A stretch of DNA of 32,000 bases from the NCBI GenBank assembly GCA_963799775.1, contig CAWCYD010000002.1:296990-328989 (forward strand), read 5' to 3'. Of the stretch, positions 1 to 8,254 are shown in pieces. The stretch is from an uncultured archaeon (GTDB lineage Archaea; Thermoproteota; Nitrososphaeria; Nitrososphaerales; Gagatemarchaeaceae). The notes under the pieces were generated by a model. The model did not search any database. It worked only from the letters and a program-made list of their open reading frames with translations, and had not been told where the DNA came from. Positions within the stretch are counted from its first letter, which is position 1; each line of letters begins with the position of its first letter. The translations under genes and the position numbers were made by a program.

Positions 1-228
1 AAGGCTCTCGAGGTCGTCCAGGTCTATGCCCTTTAGGGCCTGCTGAAGCTTCTCGTCCAGTCCATGCCACTTTGCGAACCCCTTGTACGCCTTCGTGGTG
101 ACGACGAAGGCTTCGGGGACTGGGAGCCTCGCTCGATACATCTCTCCCAGGTTCGCTCCCTTGCCGCCCGCGAACCCCACGTCGAACTTGGTTATCTCGT
201 CCAGAGACCGGATATACTGCGAGTTCAA
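1..228 (-). CDS. PEP synthase / pyruvate phosphate dikinase family, N-terminal ATP-grasp (PPDK_N) fragment; gene runs off the window start
   Basis: My reverse-strand translation gives (L/M)NSQYIRSLDEITKFDVGFAGGKGANLGEMYRARLPVPEAFVVTTKAYKGFAKWHGLDEKLQQALKGIDLDDLESL. The GGKGANLGEM and PVP.GFVVT motifs are typical of this family. It is absent from the ORF track because it has no stop inside the window. The TTG start at 228 is tentative. Confidence 0.6.
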   Translation of the reverse strand, partial: MNSQYIRSLDEITKFDVGFAGGKGANLGEMYRARLPVPEAFVVTTKAYKGFAKWHGLDEKLQQALKGIDLDDLESL

Positions 229-347
229 GATGACCTGAACGTCGGGACCGTCCCGGCCATCCTTAAGAGTTAGCCAGAAGAAAGTTCGCCCCGTCAGCTC
301 ATTCGCAAAGCTCTTCCGTCCCGCCTTATCTGGGAAGGGCGAGGACC

Positions 348-1063
348 ATGCCATCGTTGGGCTTCTTTGTGGGGGTCTCGGGCTTCAGCTACGCGAGCTG
401 GAGGGGCAGGTTCTATCCCAAGGAGATGAAGGGCGAGGAGTTCCTAGCTTTCTACTCCAAGCACATGAACAGCGTCGAGATCAACCGCTCGTTCTATGCC
501 ATGCCCAAGGAGTCGACCGTGAGCAGTTGGGCCGAGAAAACAAGCGAGGACTTCAAGTTCGCGTTCAAGGCCCCGCAGCAGATCACTCACATCCTGAAAC
601 TGGGCGCGGGCTCAGCTGAGGCCGCAGAGAGGCTCTGGAAGGTCATGGACGCCCTCGGTCCGAGGAAGCTGCCCCGTCCTCTTTCAGCTGCCTCCCTACT
701 CGAAGCATGGACCTCAAGCGCCTTGAGGAGTTCCTTGCCCAGACCTCGACAGTCGAGGATAGGGTCTTCGAGTTCAGGCACGAATCATGGTTGGCGGAAC
801 CGACCTTCGCGCTTCTCGACAGGCACGACGCCGGCTTTTGCGTGGCCGAGACCGAGGATCTGGAGCCGGTCCTAAAGGCGACTGGAGGCTTCGCATATTT
901 TCGGCTCCGGAAGGACTCCTACGACGAAAAAGGCGTCGACGCCTGGGCGAAGAAGATCAAGGGGCTAGCTGCGGGCTCAAGAGAGTGCCACGTCTACCTC
1001 CGCCACGACGAGACGGGTGAGAACGCGGTCCTGGCTCAGAGGCTCTCAGCGAAACTCAAATGA
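348..1063 (+). CDS. DUF72 (YecE/UPF0759) family protein, interrupted by two frameshifts as assembled
   Basis: ORFs 348..875 and 707..1063 carry the N- and C-terminal DUF72 halves. The family hallmark PVLFQLPPYSK is readable only in the third frame (670-708), so frame shifts are needed near 670 and near 708. Confidence 0.7.
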
Positions 1064-1074
1064 CGACGGCAGGC

Positions 1075-1724
1075 CTAGGGCCTTCTGCCTTCTAGCCAAG
1101 GGGCGAGGTCCTTCCTCAGCGTCGCCAAGGACGTGAACCTGAAGGCCCACCTGATGCCGAAGCTCCGCGCCCCATCGACGTTCGCCTCCTTGTCATCGAT
1201 GAAGACGACCTCTGAGGGAACCGCGCCGATCTCTCCAGGGCCCTCCTGAAGGCCAGAGCTTCGGGCTTGACGCTCCCCAGTTCGCATGAGCAGAGGAACC
1301 CGTCGAAGAGCCTGTCCCACTTCTTCCTCCGAACAAGGCTTGCATGCGGGGGAGAGGTGTTCGAGAAGAGGTAGACCAGGAAGCCCGTGTTCCTCAATGT
1401 CTCTACGAGCCTCACGGTGCCGGCACTGAACTTCACGAGCCGCTCGAAGGGCCTGGTCCAGAGCTCATCGGGAGAGTCTCCCTCCTTCAAGTGTTTCCCA
1501 AACTTCGCCAGGGCATGGGCAAGATACTCATCCATAGAGAGCTTGCCAGACTCGAGCCTCAGGAGAGAGGATTCAAGGGCGACCCTCATTTCTTCTCGGG
1601 GGACTCCGTATCTCTTGGCGACGTAGTCAAAGATGGGGTTGTTGTTCTTCCACTTGATCACGACGCCTCCAAAGTCGAAGATGAAGACCGGGAGTCTAGC
1701 GCTTTTCTTCCCCCTCGAGCCCAT
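1075..1724 (-). CDS. HAD-superfamily hydrolase, one frameshift near 1232
   Basis: VFIFDFGGVV (motif I), LFSNTS (motif II), then KPE...VVFIDDKEANVDGA (motifs III/IV) continue in ORF 1075..1320. The join reads ...RRALE/IGAVPSEVVFIDD. ATG 1724 lies 29 nt downstream of a CTATAACC box. Confidence 0.65.
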
Positions 1725-1745
1725 GCTCCGGCACCCGCGAGTTGC

Positions 1746-1753
1746 GGTTATAG
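1746..1753 (-). promoter_or_regulatory. TATA-like box CTATAACC, 29 nt upstream of the HAD ATG (1724)
   Basis: A/T-rich octamer in a GC-rich background, at the spacing seen for other genes in this window. Confidence 0.35.
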
Positions 1754-1771
1754 TCTTGCGCGCGCCCACCG

Positions 1772-1862
1772 CTGGATATTCCTAAATGGCATAAAGTGAA
1801 TAGTTGATTATTATTATTTTATTCCTTGTGCTTAAATTGTTCTGGAAAACTGGTAGTCCAGT
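1772..1862 (+). repeat. Copy 1 of a duplicated ~90-nt promoter/upstream module (paralog of 3436-3527)
   Basis: By-eye alignment: gatattcc..ggcataa..tgaatagtt.attattattattttattc...gcttaaattg...aaaactgg....TTGaacaacagaa is shared with copy 2. Confidence 0.7.
1832..1839 (+). promoter_or_regulatory. TATA-like box TTAAATTG, 31 nt upstream of TTG start 1863
   Basis: Identical box at identical spacing in the paralog (3497-3504 upstream of 3528). Confidence 0.45.
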
Positions 1863-3281
1863 TTGAACAACAGAAACGTCGCGGTGGCAGGCGTCGGGGT
1901 CCTTGTCATACTGGTTGTCGGAATATTCATCATCGCGGCCCCAGGCGCCCAGAAATCCTCAAGCTCCTTGTCTTCGTCGAGCTCGCCTAGCTCTTCAAGC
2001 TCCTCGGTCTTGTCAAGTTCGTCCACGCCGCCGAGCTCGTCGTCATCGTCGAGTTCGAGCTCCCTTACCTCTTCTTCATCCAACTCATCCTCCACCCCGA
2101 GCTCTTCGTCCTCAACGTCAAGCTCCTCGTCGTCGAGCACGCCCAGCACGACGACCACTACTTCCAGCTCGTCCAGCTCCTCAAAGTCCTTGACCTCGTC
2201 CAGCTCGTCGAGCAGCTCGACCACGACCTCCGCAAACGGTTACTACTTCCTGGTCTTCACGCAGAAGGGGGTCGCCGAGCTGACATCGACGGACGGGACC
2301 GTCCTCGGGTACACCCGCCTCTTCAACATCTCTGACAGCGTCCCGGCGCAGGCATACTACTGGGAGGGCTACCCCGTGCAGGGGGCGGGACAGTCCAACA
2401 TGTTGGTTCCTCTCAACAACGGGACCGTCGTGGTGGTGAACTCGACCCAGATGAAAGTGACGCAGAGGTTGAGCATGGGGGTAGCTACCGGGTTCATCGG
2501 AGTCGCAATATCCCCCAACGAGCAGTACGCCGCGATCGCTGACGGACCCTCCGGGTTGGTCGAGGTCTTCAACCTGGCCACGCTCCAAGGGGTCTGGCAG
2601 CACCTCTTCGATCAGCCCAGCGGCGTGACCGCATTCCCTTGCGACATCAGGTGGTCGCCCGACGGTAGCACCATCGTGATCCCGATGAAGAACAACGGCA
2701 CGGTGGACGTGATCAGCGGGACAACCGGAAGCATTGTGGCTACCGCCTCTCTGCCCATCGCCTCGCAGCCGTTCATGCTCTCGGTCAACGCCCAGGGAAA
2801 CATGTTGGCTGTGGAGCTCTCCGGCAACAAGACCGACGTCTTCTACTCCTACCCCAACCTGCAGCCGCTGGGCAGGACGAGTTTCCCAATCTCGACCTTC
2901 AGCCCGACCCGCGGCGTCTTCACTCTTGACGGCAAATACTACCTGGAAGCCTCTAGCTCTACAAACGTCATCGAGGTCGTCTCGACGAGCAACTTCGCCG
3001 TTGTGAACACAATCAATCTCCCAGCGTCGTCGGCCCCGGGGCTGGCCGATATGGAGATCACCCCTGACGGCTTGAACGCCTACGTTGTGGAACACGGTAC
3101 CCCGGCCACGGGCGGGATAGTCTATCTCGTCTCGCTGGCGACCGTCATGACGGCATCAGGGCCGTCGGGCAGCATCCCCCTCACCACCGCCCCGGCTTTC
3201 GCGATCCCGATTTCGATACAGTTCGGGACTTACCTCGCGGACAACGTACTCCTACCACCTGTTACAGGGTTGCACTGTTAG
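1863..3281 (+). CDS. N-terminally anchored surface protein: TM helix, ~92-aa poly-Ser/Thr stalk, YVTN-type beta-propeller domain
   Basis: 472-aa ORF. Hydrophobic N-terminus VAVAGVGVLVILVVGIFIIA. Residues 32-123 are almost pure Ser/Thr. The C-terminal ~350 aa carries repeated blade-like units (GVAISPNEQYAAIADGPSGLVEVFNL, IRWSPDGSTIVIPMKNNGTVDVISGTTG, MEITPDGLNAYVV) and many N-x-S/T sequons. Confidence 0.7.
   Translation: MNNRNVAVAGVGVLVILVVGIFIIAAPGAQKSSSSLSSSSSPSSSSSSVLSSSSTPPSSSSSSSSSSLTSSSSNSSSTPSSSSSTSSSSSSSTPSTTTTTSSSSSSSKSLTSSSSSSSSTTTSANGYYFLVFTQKGVAELTSTDGTVLGYTRLFNISDSVPAQAYYWEGYPVQGAGQSNMLVPLNNGTVVVVNSTQMKVTQRLSMGVATGFIGVAISPNEQYAAIADGPSGLVEVFNLATLQGVWQHLFDQPSGVTAFPCDIRWSPDGSTIVIPMKNNGTVDVISGTTGSIVATASLPIASQPFMLSVNAQGNMLAVELSGNKTDVFYSYPNLQPLGRTSFPISTFSPTRGVFTLDGKYYLEASSSTNVIEVVSTSNFAVVNTINLPASSAPGLADMEITPDGLNAYVVEHGTPATGGIVYLVSLATVMTASGPSGSIPLTTAPAFAIPISIQFGTYLADNVLLPPVTGLHC
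1956..2231 (+). repeat. Low-complexity poly-Ser/Thr coding tract (stalk of the 1863..3281 protein)
   Basis: 92 consecutive codons are about 90% Ser/Thr. This also creates a spurious acidic antisense ORF (1832..2224). Confidence 0.9.
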
Positions 3282-3435
3282 AGAAGTGCGGAAATGCGGG
3301 AACAGGAACCGCTGAAACGGACTCACCCCACGTTATTTTAGCTCGCAGGGATGAGCGAAAGTGGAGTGTGTATGCGAACCATCAGCCCAAGCGCCTGCGC
3401 TCCGCAATGGACGGTCATAGTATTATGCAGCCCTA

Positions 3436-3527
3436 CTGGTTGATATTCCCTATTGGCATAATGAATAGTTTATTATTATTATTTTATTCATGGCGCTTAA
3501 ATTGCTCCAAAAACTGGGAGAATCTGC
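3436..3527 (+). repeat. Copy 2 of the duplicated promoter/upstream module (paralog of 1772-1862)
   Basis: Same ordered blocks as copy 1, ending at the same TTGAACAACAGAA start context. Confidence 0.7.
3497..3504 (+). promoter_or_regulatory. TATA-like box TTAAATTG, 31 nt upstream of TTG start 3528
   Basis: Same box and spacing as 1832-1839. Confidence 0.45.
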
Positions 3528-4994
3528 TTGAACAACAGAAGTGTAGCTGTGGCCGCCGCCAGAATCTTGATTATTAATGTCCGCAAGCCCTCCCGTAGGA
3601 AGTCGGGCAAGCCGGGAATCGCGACCTCGATCGCTGCTGGACTCATCCTCGTGATACTTGTCGTCGCTGGAGCTACCGTTCTGTACACCACCACAAGGCC
3701 CGCCACCACGGTGACAGCCACTTCTGTCTCAACTTCCACGGCTACTGCTACTTCAGTATCCACAGCCACGTCAATATCGACGGCTACTTCAGTATCCACA
3801 GCCACGTCAATATCGACGGCTACGTCAATATCGACAGCCACTTCGACTGCTACTTCGGTCTCCACAGTCACCGCAACGTCAACGTCGACCGCAACCAGCA
3901 CGACTACGGTCACCGCGAGCACGACCGTGCAGAACAACGGCTATGATTTCCTGGTCTTCTCTCAGAAGGGCTACGCCGAGCTGGCATCACCCGCTCCCAC
4001 CCTCTCGGGTCTGGGGAGCCTTGGGTACGCCACCCCATACAGCATCCCTACCAGCAACCCTATCCAGACGGACTACTGGGAGAGGTACCCTGTACAAGGC
4101 GCGGGGCAGTCCAACTTCGTCGTCCCACTCACCAACGGGACGATTGAGGTTGTCAACGGGATGACCCTGAAGGTGGCTGAGAGGCTGAGCGTAGGTACAA
4201 CCACCGGATTCGTCGGTGTCTTCATCTCTCCCAACGAGCAGTTGGCAGCGATTGTCGACGGTCCTACGGGCGTCGTGACGGTCGTCAACCTGGTAACGCT
4301 AAAGACCGCGTGGACGCAGACCTTCCTCACCTCGACGGGGGTGACGCAGTACCCGTGCGACATTTACTGGTCGCCCGATAGTGCTAGCCTGGCGGTCCCG
4401 ATGAGGATGAACGGCGCAATAGACGCCATCAATTCGACGACAGGCGTCATTACGGCGACCGCCAACGTTCCCGTCGCCGCTGATCCAGTCATGCTGACCG
4501 TCAGTCCCGCGGGCAACCTGTTGGGCGTCGAGCTAGGCAACAAGACAGACGTCTTCTATTCGTTCCCATCCATGACGTACCTGGCCCACGTTAACTTCCC
4601 CATCTCGACCTTCGTCCCCGTCGAGGGGCTTTTCACCCCGAACCAGGCGTACTTCTTAGAGGTCTCGAGCGCCACGAACGTCGTGGAAGTCATCTCCATG
4701 AACAACTTCGCTATTGTTAACACCATCGACCTCCCTGCCTCGGCATCCCCCGGACTGTCGTCGATCAACATCACTCCGGATGGGAACAACGCGTACGTCG
4801 TGATGCACGGGCACCCGGCCACCGGCGGGATAATCTATCTGTTATCGCTCGCGAACGTCGCCACGGAGACAGGGCCGTCGGGCAGCATAGCGCTCTCCAC
4901 CTCAATCGGGACTGTCATCCCGATAACGTCGCAGTATGCGACCTACCTGGAGGACTACGTGCTCTTGCCTCCAGTCGCGGGTCAACAGGGTTAA
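3528..4994 (+). CDS. Paralogous N-terminally anchored surface protein: TM helix, Thr/Ser/Ala repeat stalk, YVTN-type beta-propeller domain
   Basis: 488-aa ORF. The propeller domain aligns by eye with 1863..3281 along its whole length (for example YPVQGAGQSN, ISPNEQ.AAI.DGP.G, NKTDVFYS.P, ITPDG.NAYVV.HG.PATGGI.YL.SLA, VLLPPV.G at the C-terminus). The stalk differs completely (TATSVSTATSIS repeats). Confidence 0.7.
   Translation: MNNRSVAVAAARILIINVRKPSRRKSGKPGIATSIAAGLILVILVVAGATVLYTTTRPATTVTATSVSTSTATATSVSTATSISTATSVSTATSISTATSISTATSTATSVSTVTATSTSTATSTTTVTASTTVQNNGYDFLVFSQKGYAELASPAPTLSGLGSLGYATPYSIPTSNPIQTDYWERYPVQGAGQSNFVVPLTNGTIEVVNGMTLKVAERLSVGTTTGFVGVFISPNEQLAAIVDGPTGVVTVVNLVTLKTAWTQTFLTSTGVTQYPCDIYWSPDSASLAVPMRMNGAIDAINSTTGVITATANVPVAADPVMLTVSPAGNLLGVELGNKTDVFYSFPSMTYLAHVNFPISTFVPVEGLFTPNQAYFLEVSSATNVVEVISMNNFAIVNTIDLPASASPGLSSINITPDGNNAYVVMHGHPATGGIIYLLSLANVATETGPSGSIALSTSIGTVIPITSQYATYLEDYVLLPPVAGQQG
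3747..3836 (+). repeat. Perfect 36-nt tandem repeat x2 plus an 18-nt half unit, coding (TATSVSTATSIS)
   Basis: 3747-3782 and 3783-3818 are identical (gctacttcagtatccacagccacgtcaatatcgacg). 3819-3836 is the same unit with the central 18 nt missing. Confidence 0.9.
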
Positions 4995-5013
4995 GAACCG
5001 AGGGCGCCTTGGA

Positions 5014-5925
5014 TTGAAGGCTCTCAATCCACTCCTGTTCGTCCTCCTGTTCTTCGACGCCACCTGTCTCGCCCCGGTCGTCATGACGGGCTTGAGGGTC
5101 GTCGACATATGGTACTCGCCCATTGCGAACACGGGCCAGGCATCATTCCTGTACCCCTTCTTGGAATTCGTCGCTGTCTGCGTCGCGGTCAACGTCCTGG
5201 CTTTCCTTGGGCTGCGGAGGCTGGACTGGGGCCGCTTCATCCCTCTGGACGGGGCGATCGGGATCAGGTCGATGGTCAGAGCGGTGCTCGCAGACAGGAT
5301 GGGGCGGGCCATACTGTCGGTCTTCGTTCCCCTCTACTTCCTCTCGTTCCTAGTGAGCAGCGGCCAGTTGCTGGTCCCGAACTTGAACATAAGCTCCTAC
5401 TTCCTAGGCTTGACCCACATTGTCTTCAAGGCCGTCGGCGTCCCACTGATAGGGGCGCTCGCCTTGAACCTCGACGTGATGGCGGTGGGGGTCGCTAACC
5501 TCTTCTTCCTCTCGCTCTCCCTCGTGTTGGGCTATTATGTCGTGACGCTGGTCTACACCTCCCAATCGAGCGCGAGCTTGGGCGTGCCGGGGTCTACGCG
5601 CCTGATTGCGACCCAGACGGCAGGAGGATTGCTCGCGACCTCGGTCCCTGCGCTCGCGACCTCTGCGGCCATATGTTGCCTCACTCCCACCGGAGTGAAC
5701 TCGCTACTCTACCTGGTCTCCGCCTCTTCTTCTTTCTTGAGCAAGAAGGTGCTCTTCGGCTACGGGACTATCTCGGGCGTCTTCTGGTTGGGGGGACTTT
5801 TCCAAGGAGTCGAGCTGTTCTCGACGGTCATCCTGGGAGTGGCTCTGCTTGGGCTGTCCGTCTACCAAGTCAGGAAACTGTCTAGGACCGTTGCACAGCG
5901 GAGGGTCCTGACACTGAGCTCCTAG
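5014..5925 (+). CDS. Polytopic membrane protein, unknown function
   Basis: ORF 4936..5925. The 5' end overlaps the upstream gene, so an in-frame TTG at 5014 is the more likely start. At least 7 hydrophobic segments. I recognise no family motif. Confidence 0.5.
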   Translation: MKALNPLLFVLLFFDATCLAPVVMTGLRVVDIWYSPIANTGQASFLYPFLEFVAVCVAVNVLAFLGLRRLDWGRFIPLDGAIGIRSMVRAVLADRMGRAILSVFVPLYFLSFLVSSGQLLVPNLNISSYFLGLTHIVFKAVGVPLIGALALNLDVMAVGVANLFFLSLSLVLGYYVVTLVYTSQSSASLGVPGSTRLIATQTAGGLLATSVPALATSAAICCLTPTGVNSLLYLVSASSSFLSKKVLFGYGTISGVFWLGGLFQGVELFSTVILGVALLGLSVYQVRKLSRTVAQRRVLTLSS

Positions 5926-6590
5926 CCTCTTGATTGAGAGGATTGCGTCGAGGCTTCTAGGACCTTCGCCGCGAAGGCCTCTTCGCTCGGTGCGCCGTCG
6001 AACTGAAGCCTGTCATTTATGACCGTCCGGGGCACCCCCACCACGTTGTACCTCTTGGCGAGCTCTGGGAACTCCACCGTATCGACCATGAGGGCGCGTA
6101 TCATAGGGTTCTCGAGGGCGAACCGATGCGCGGAACGGACCACGAGAGGCGAGTATGGGCAGAAGGTCGTGACGAAGACCATTATGATTGTCGGCGCGGT
6201 AACGCGCCTGATTATGCTCCGGGTCTGTTCGTCCATCTGCGTCCCGCCACGAGAAGCATTGATTATGTCCTCCACAAGGCACTTTAGCTGACGTCCCGCG
6301 GGCATCCCGACGAAGTGCAGCGTCGCCCCGTTGGAAGCGACGATGACAGTCGTGGGCACCAAGTCAACTCCCATCGCCTTCCCCCTTGCTCTCTCTTCGT
6401 CGTTGTCTAGGACATCGAGTTTGACCTTGTCTGAAATCGACGATACCTCCTCTAGCAGCTTCCTCGTCCGGTCGCAGTACTGGCATCCATCCTTCGAAGT
6501 GAAGAGTACGACCTTGACATCCCCCTCCAGGCCGGTGCGGAAGATCCGCTCAATCTCGGCTCTGTCCTCCTTCCCGATCAAGGCGGTCAT
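5922..6590 (-). CDS. Protein disulfide oxidoreductase, two thioredoxin-fold units (Pyrococcus PDO / glutaredoxin-like)
   Basis: 222 aa with two Trx-like halves. The N-terminal unit has CQYC. The C-terminal unit has CPYS where this family normally has CPYC. Confidence 0.7.
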   Translation of the reverse strand: MTALIGKEDRAEIERIFRTGLEGDVKVVLFTSKDGCQYCDRTRKLLEEVSSISDKVKLDVLDNDEERARGKAMGVDLVPTTVIVASNGATLHFVGMPAGRQLKCLVEDIINASRGGTQMDEQTRSIIRRVTAPTIIMVFVTTFCPYSPLVVRSAHRFALENPMIRALMVDTVEFPELAKRYNVVGVPRTVINDRLQFDGAPSEEAFAAKVLEASTQSSQSRG

Positions 6591-6646
6591 GGCCTAGCGC
6601 CAGCGCGGCCGCCGCATGATGTGCATATCGAGAGGCTGGGACTAGC

Positions 6647-7327
6647 TCATGCGGTGCGTGCGAGCGCAGCCTTCACCTTGTGGTCTATGTCCGCGATCTT
6701 CTCCAAGCGCTCCACGAACTCCCCCAGCTTCTTCGCGTTCAACGTGACGACTATCTCTGATTCGGGATATCCCGACCTGGTCCTGCTCGCCGTGCATCCA
6801 AGGCCTATCACCACGTCGCCCTCGTTCGCGAGCGGCAGGCCCTGGCAGGTCGGCTTGACCGTGACCTTGCTGTCGGGAGCGGCTTCCTTGATCAGTGCCG
6901 CCTGCTGGGAATCGGCGAAGAGAAGCACGACGTCAGGGACGAACGGGACTTCGTCCAGCGGGCCGTACCCGATGTTCCGCTGCGCTTCGAGAGGCAGCGC
7001 CGGCAGGCCGAGGATGTCGCTCTTCCCGATCCAACCCACGCTCGAGAGGAGGTCGATATCAGCCAGCCCGGCGCCTGGGAGCGTGTCCTTCGCGAGCCTG
7101 TACCCGTGGGTGACTGCGCCCACCGAGCAGTGCTGGTGCTGGTCAGGCGTGGTGTAGAACGCGCTGTCAAGGGCCTTGGTCCAGAAGACGCAGCTCGACT
7201 CGACGACGTCGGTCGACCTCTTGAGTTTGGTCACGTCGGGGCTGAATGTCACGGCTACGATAGGCTTTGAAAGGCCCAGGGCGGTCTCAAGCCGCTTTCC
7301 AAGGATGTTGTAATCGGATGTTACCAA
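6647..7327 (-). CDS. DUF169 (COG2043) family protein, Cys-rich
   Basis: This is the C-terminal 227 codons of the 476-aa ORF 6647..8077: VTSDYNILGKRLETALGLSKPIVAVTF...SSCVFW...HCSVGAVTHG...PTCQG...LGCTASR. I recognise the family pattern by recall only. The TTG start at 7327 is tentative. Confidence 0.55.
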   Translation of the reverse strand: MVTSDYNILGKRLETALGLSKPIVAVTFSPDVTKLKRSTDVVESSCVFWTKALDSAFYTTPDQHQHCSVGAVTHGYRLAKDTLPGAGLADIDLLSSVGWIGKSDILGLPALPLEAQRNIGYGPLDEVPFVPDVVLLFADSQQAALIKEAAPDSKVTVKPTCQGLPLANEGDVVIGLGCTASRTRSGYPESEIVVTLNAKKLGEFVERLEKIADIDHKVKAALARTA

Positions 7328-7374
7328 TTCACTCGAAACCGGCCTCCGAGCGGGTATTAACCTTGAGGAATTCT

Positions 7375-8055
7375 CTATTCCTGCGCTGTGCCGGGACGGC
7401 CCTTGCCTTCCCCGATTTGTCTGATGTATTCGGTCACGACCAACTTCTCGACTGCCCTCCCCGACCTGAAGGCCTCGGGGTCTGCCCGAATGCGCTCCTC
7501 CGATCTTGACGGCTCGATCCCTCTCTCGGCGCACTTCATCCTCGCGACCTCTAGGGCCGTCGCTTTGTCTAGCGGCGGGAACTCGATGGGGTACAGCCTG
7601 TCCTTCAAGGCGTTGTCCAGAAGCTGGAACTTGTTCGTCGTCATTATCAGTGCTGTCTGGGCCGTGTCGAGGTCGTCGATCTGGTGAAAGAGTATGTTGT
7701 TCTGGGCGACGTGCCAGCTCTCTCCCTTCATCCAGTCTCTGTCCGGGAAGACTGACTCGGCGTCGTCGATGAGGATCAGCGACCTCTTCTTCCTTGCCTC
7801 CGCGAACACCTTGACTATCTGGCGCTCGGACTGGCCGTAGAGCTCTCTCGCGATGACCGATCCGTCGACAAAGAAGAGCGAGAGTTGGAGCTCCTTTGCG
7901 AGCACTCGGGCCATCAGGGTCTTCCCGTTCCCGGGTTCCCCGTAGAAGATGAATCCCTTGATGCCCTTCAGGGTGCGGTTTCCCAGTTGGTGCGAGATGA
8001 CGTTCCTGGCTTCCGTGTAGATCCGGTGGAACTTCTCCCCTTTGCAGTTCTTCAA
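7375..8055 (-). CDS. Small stand-alone AAA+ ATPase (classical AAA clade)
   Basis: Walker A GEPGNGKT, Walker B LILIDDAE, sensor-1 MTTN, LLDNALKDRL. This frame stays open upstream to 8157 without a canonical start. ATG 8077 is one base out of frame, so the true start is uncertain. Confidence 0.75.
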   Translation of the reverse strand: MKNCKGEKFHRIYTEARNVISHQLGNRTLKGIKGFIFYGEPGNGKTLMARVLAKELQLSLFFVDGSVIARELYGQSERQIVKVFAEARKKRSLILIDDAESVFPDRDWMKGESWHVAQNNILFHQIDDLDTAQTALIMTTNKFQLLDNALKDRLYPIEFPPLDKATALEVARMKCAERGIEPSRSEERIRADPEAFRSGRAVEKLVVTEYIRQIGEGKGRPGTAQE

Positions 8056-8217
8056 TGACTCTGGGATGTCCTTCCATGATGTCTCAAGGCTGTCTCGTCT
8101 GGAGCTCGAGTCTGCTCGCGTTGCGACTACCTCTTTCGGCCGTTCCTCCTTGGCACGTTATAAGCGATGAACGGCCCTCGAGCGGATATTCCCCTCAGTG
8201 ACATTTTATGAAGGGCG

Positions 8218-8225
8218 TTTATTAG
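8218..8225 (+). promoter_or_regulatory. TATA-like box TTTATTAG, 37 nt upstream of the tusA ATG (8255)
   Basis: A/T-rich octamer in the divergent AAA/tusA intergenic region. Confidence 0.3.
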
Positions 8226-8254
8226 CCGGCTTCATCACGCGCCTCATCAAGGTC

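Noticed and set aside
64-273. 69-aa plus-strand ORF at the window start
   Set aside because: The opposite strand encodes an unmistakable PEP synthase/PPDK N-terminal domain, so the plus ORF is its shadow.
1832-2224. 130-aa highly acidic ORF (DELDE repeats) on the minus strand
   Set aside because: It is the antisense shadow of the poly-Ser tract (TCx/AGC codons read as GAx on the other strand). It has no independent start context, and the sense frame belongs to a long coherent protein.
2181-3095. 304-aa minus-strand ORF rich in Arg/Gly/His
   Set aside because: It lies antisense within the beta-propeller gene. Its composition is typical of off-frame ORFs in GC-rich DNA, and I see no domain signal.
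3687-3929. Regularly spaced 36-nt repeats as a possible CRISPR array
   Set aside because: The repeats are directly adjacent with no spacers. They are in frame within a long ORF and encode a Thr/Ala/Ser stalk, so this is a coding tandem repeat.
3497-3937. 146-aa Val/Ala/Asp/Glu-rich minus-strand ORF
   Set aside because: It is the antisense shadow of the Thr/Ser/Ala repeat stalk of 3528..4994, with the same explanation as above.
1772-4994. Duplicated segment as a mobile element
   Set aside because: There is no transposase or integrase, and I noticed no terminal inverted repeats or target duplications. The duplication is a gene plus its promoter, which is ordinary tandem paralogy.
7328-8077. 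N-terminal ~250 aa of the 476-aa ORF 6647..8077
   Set aside because: This is an Arg/Pro/Gly-rich alternative frame overlapping the well-supported AAA ATPase frame. Only the last 227 codons (DUF169) look like real protein.
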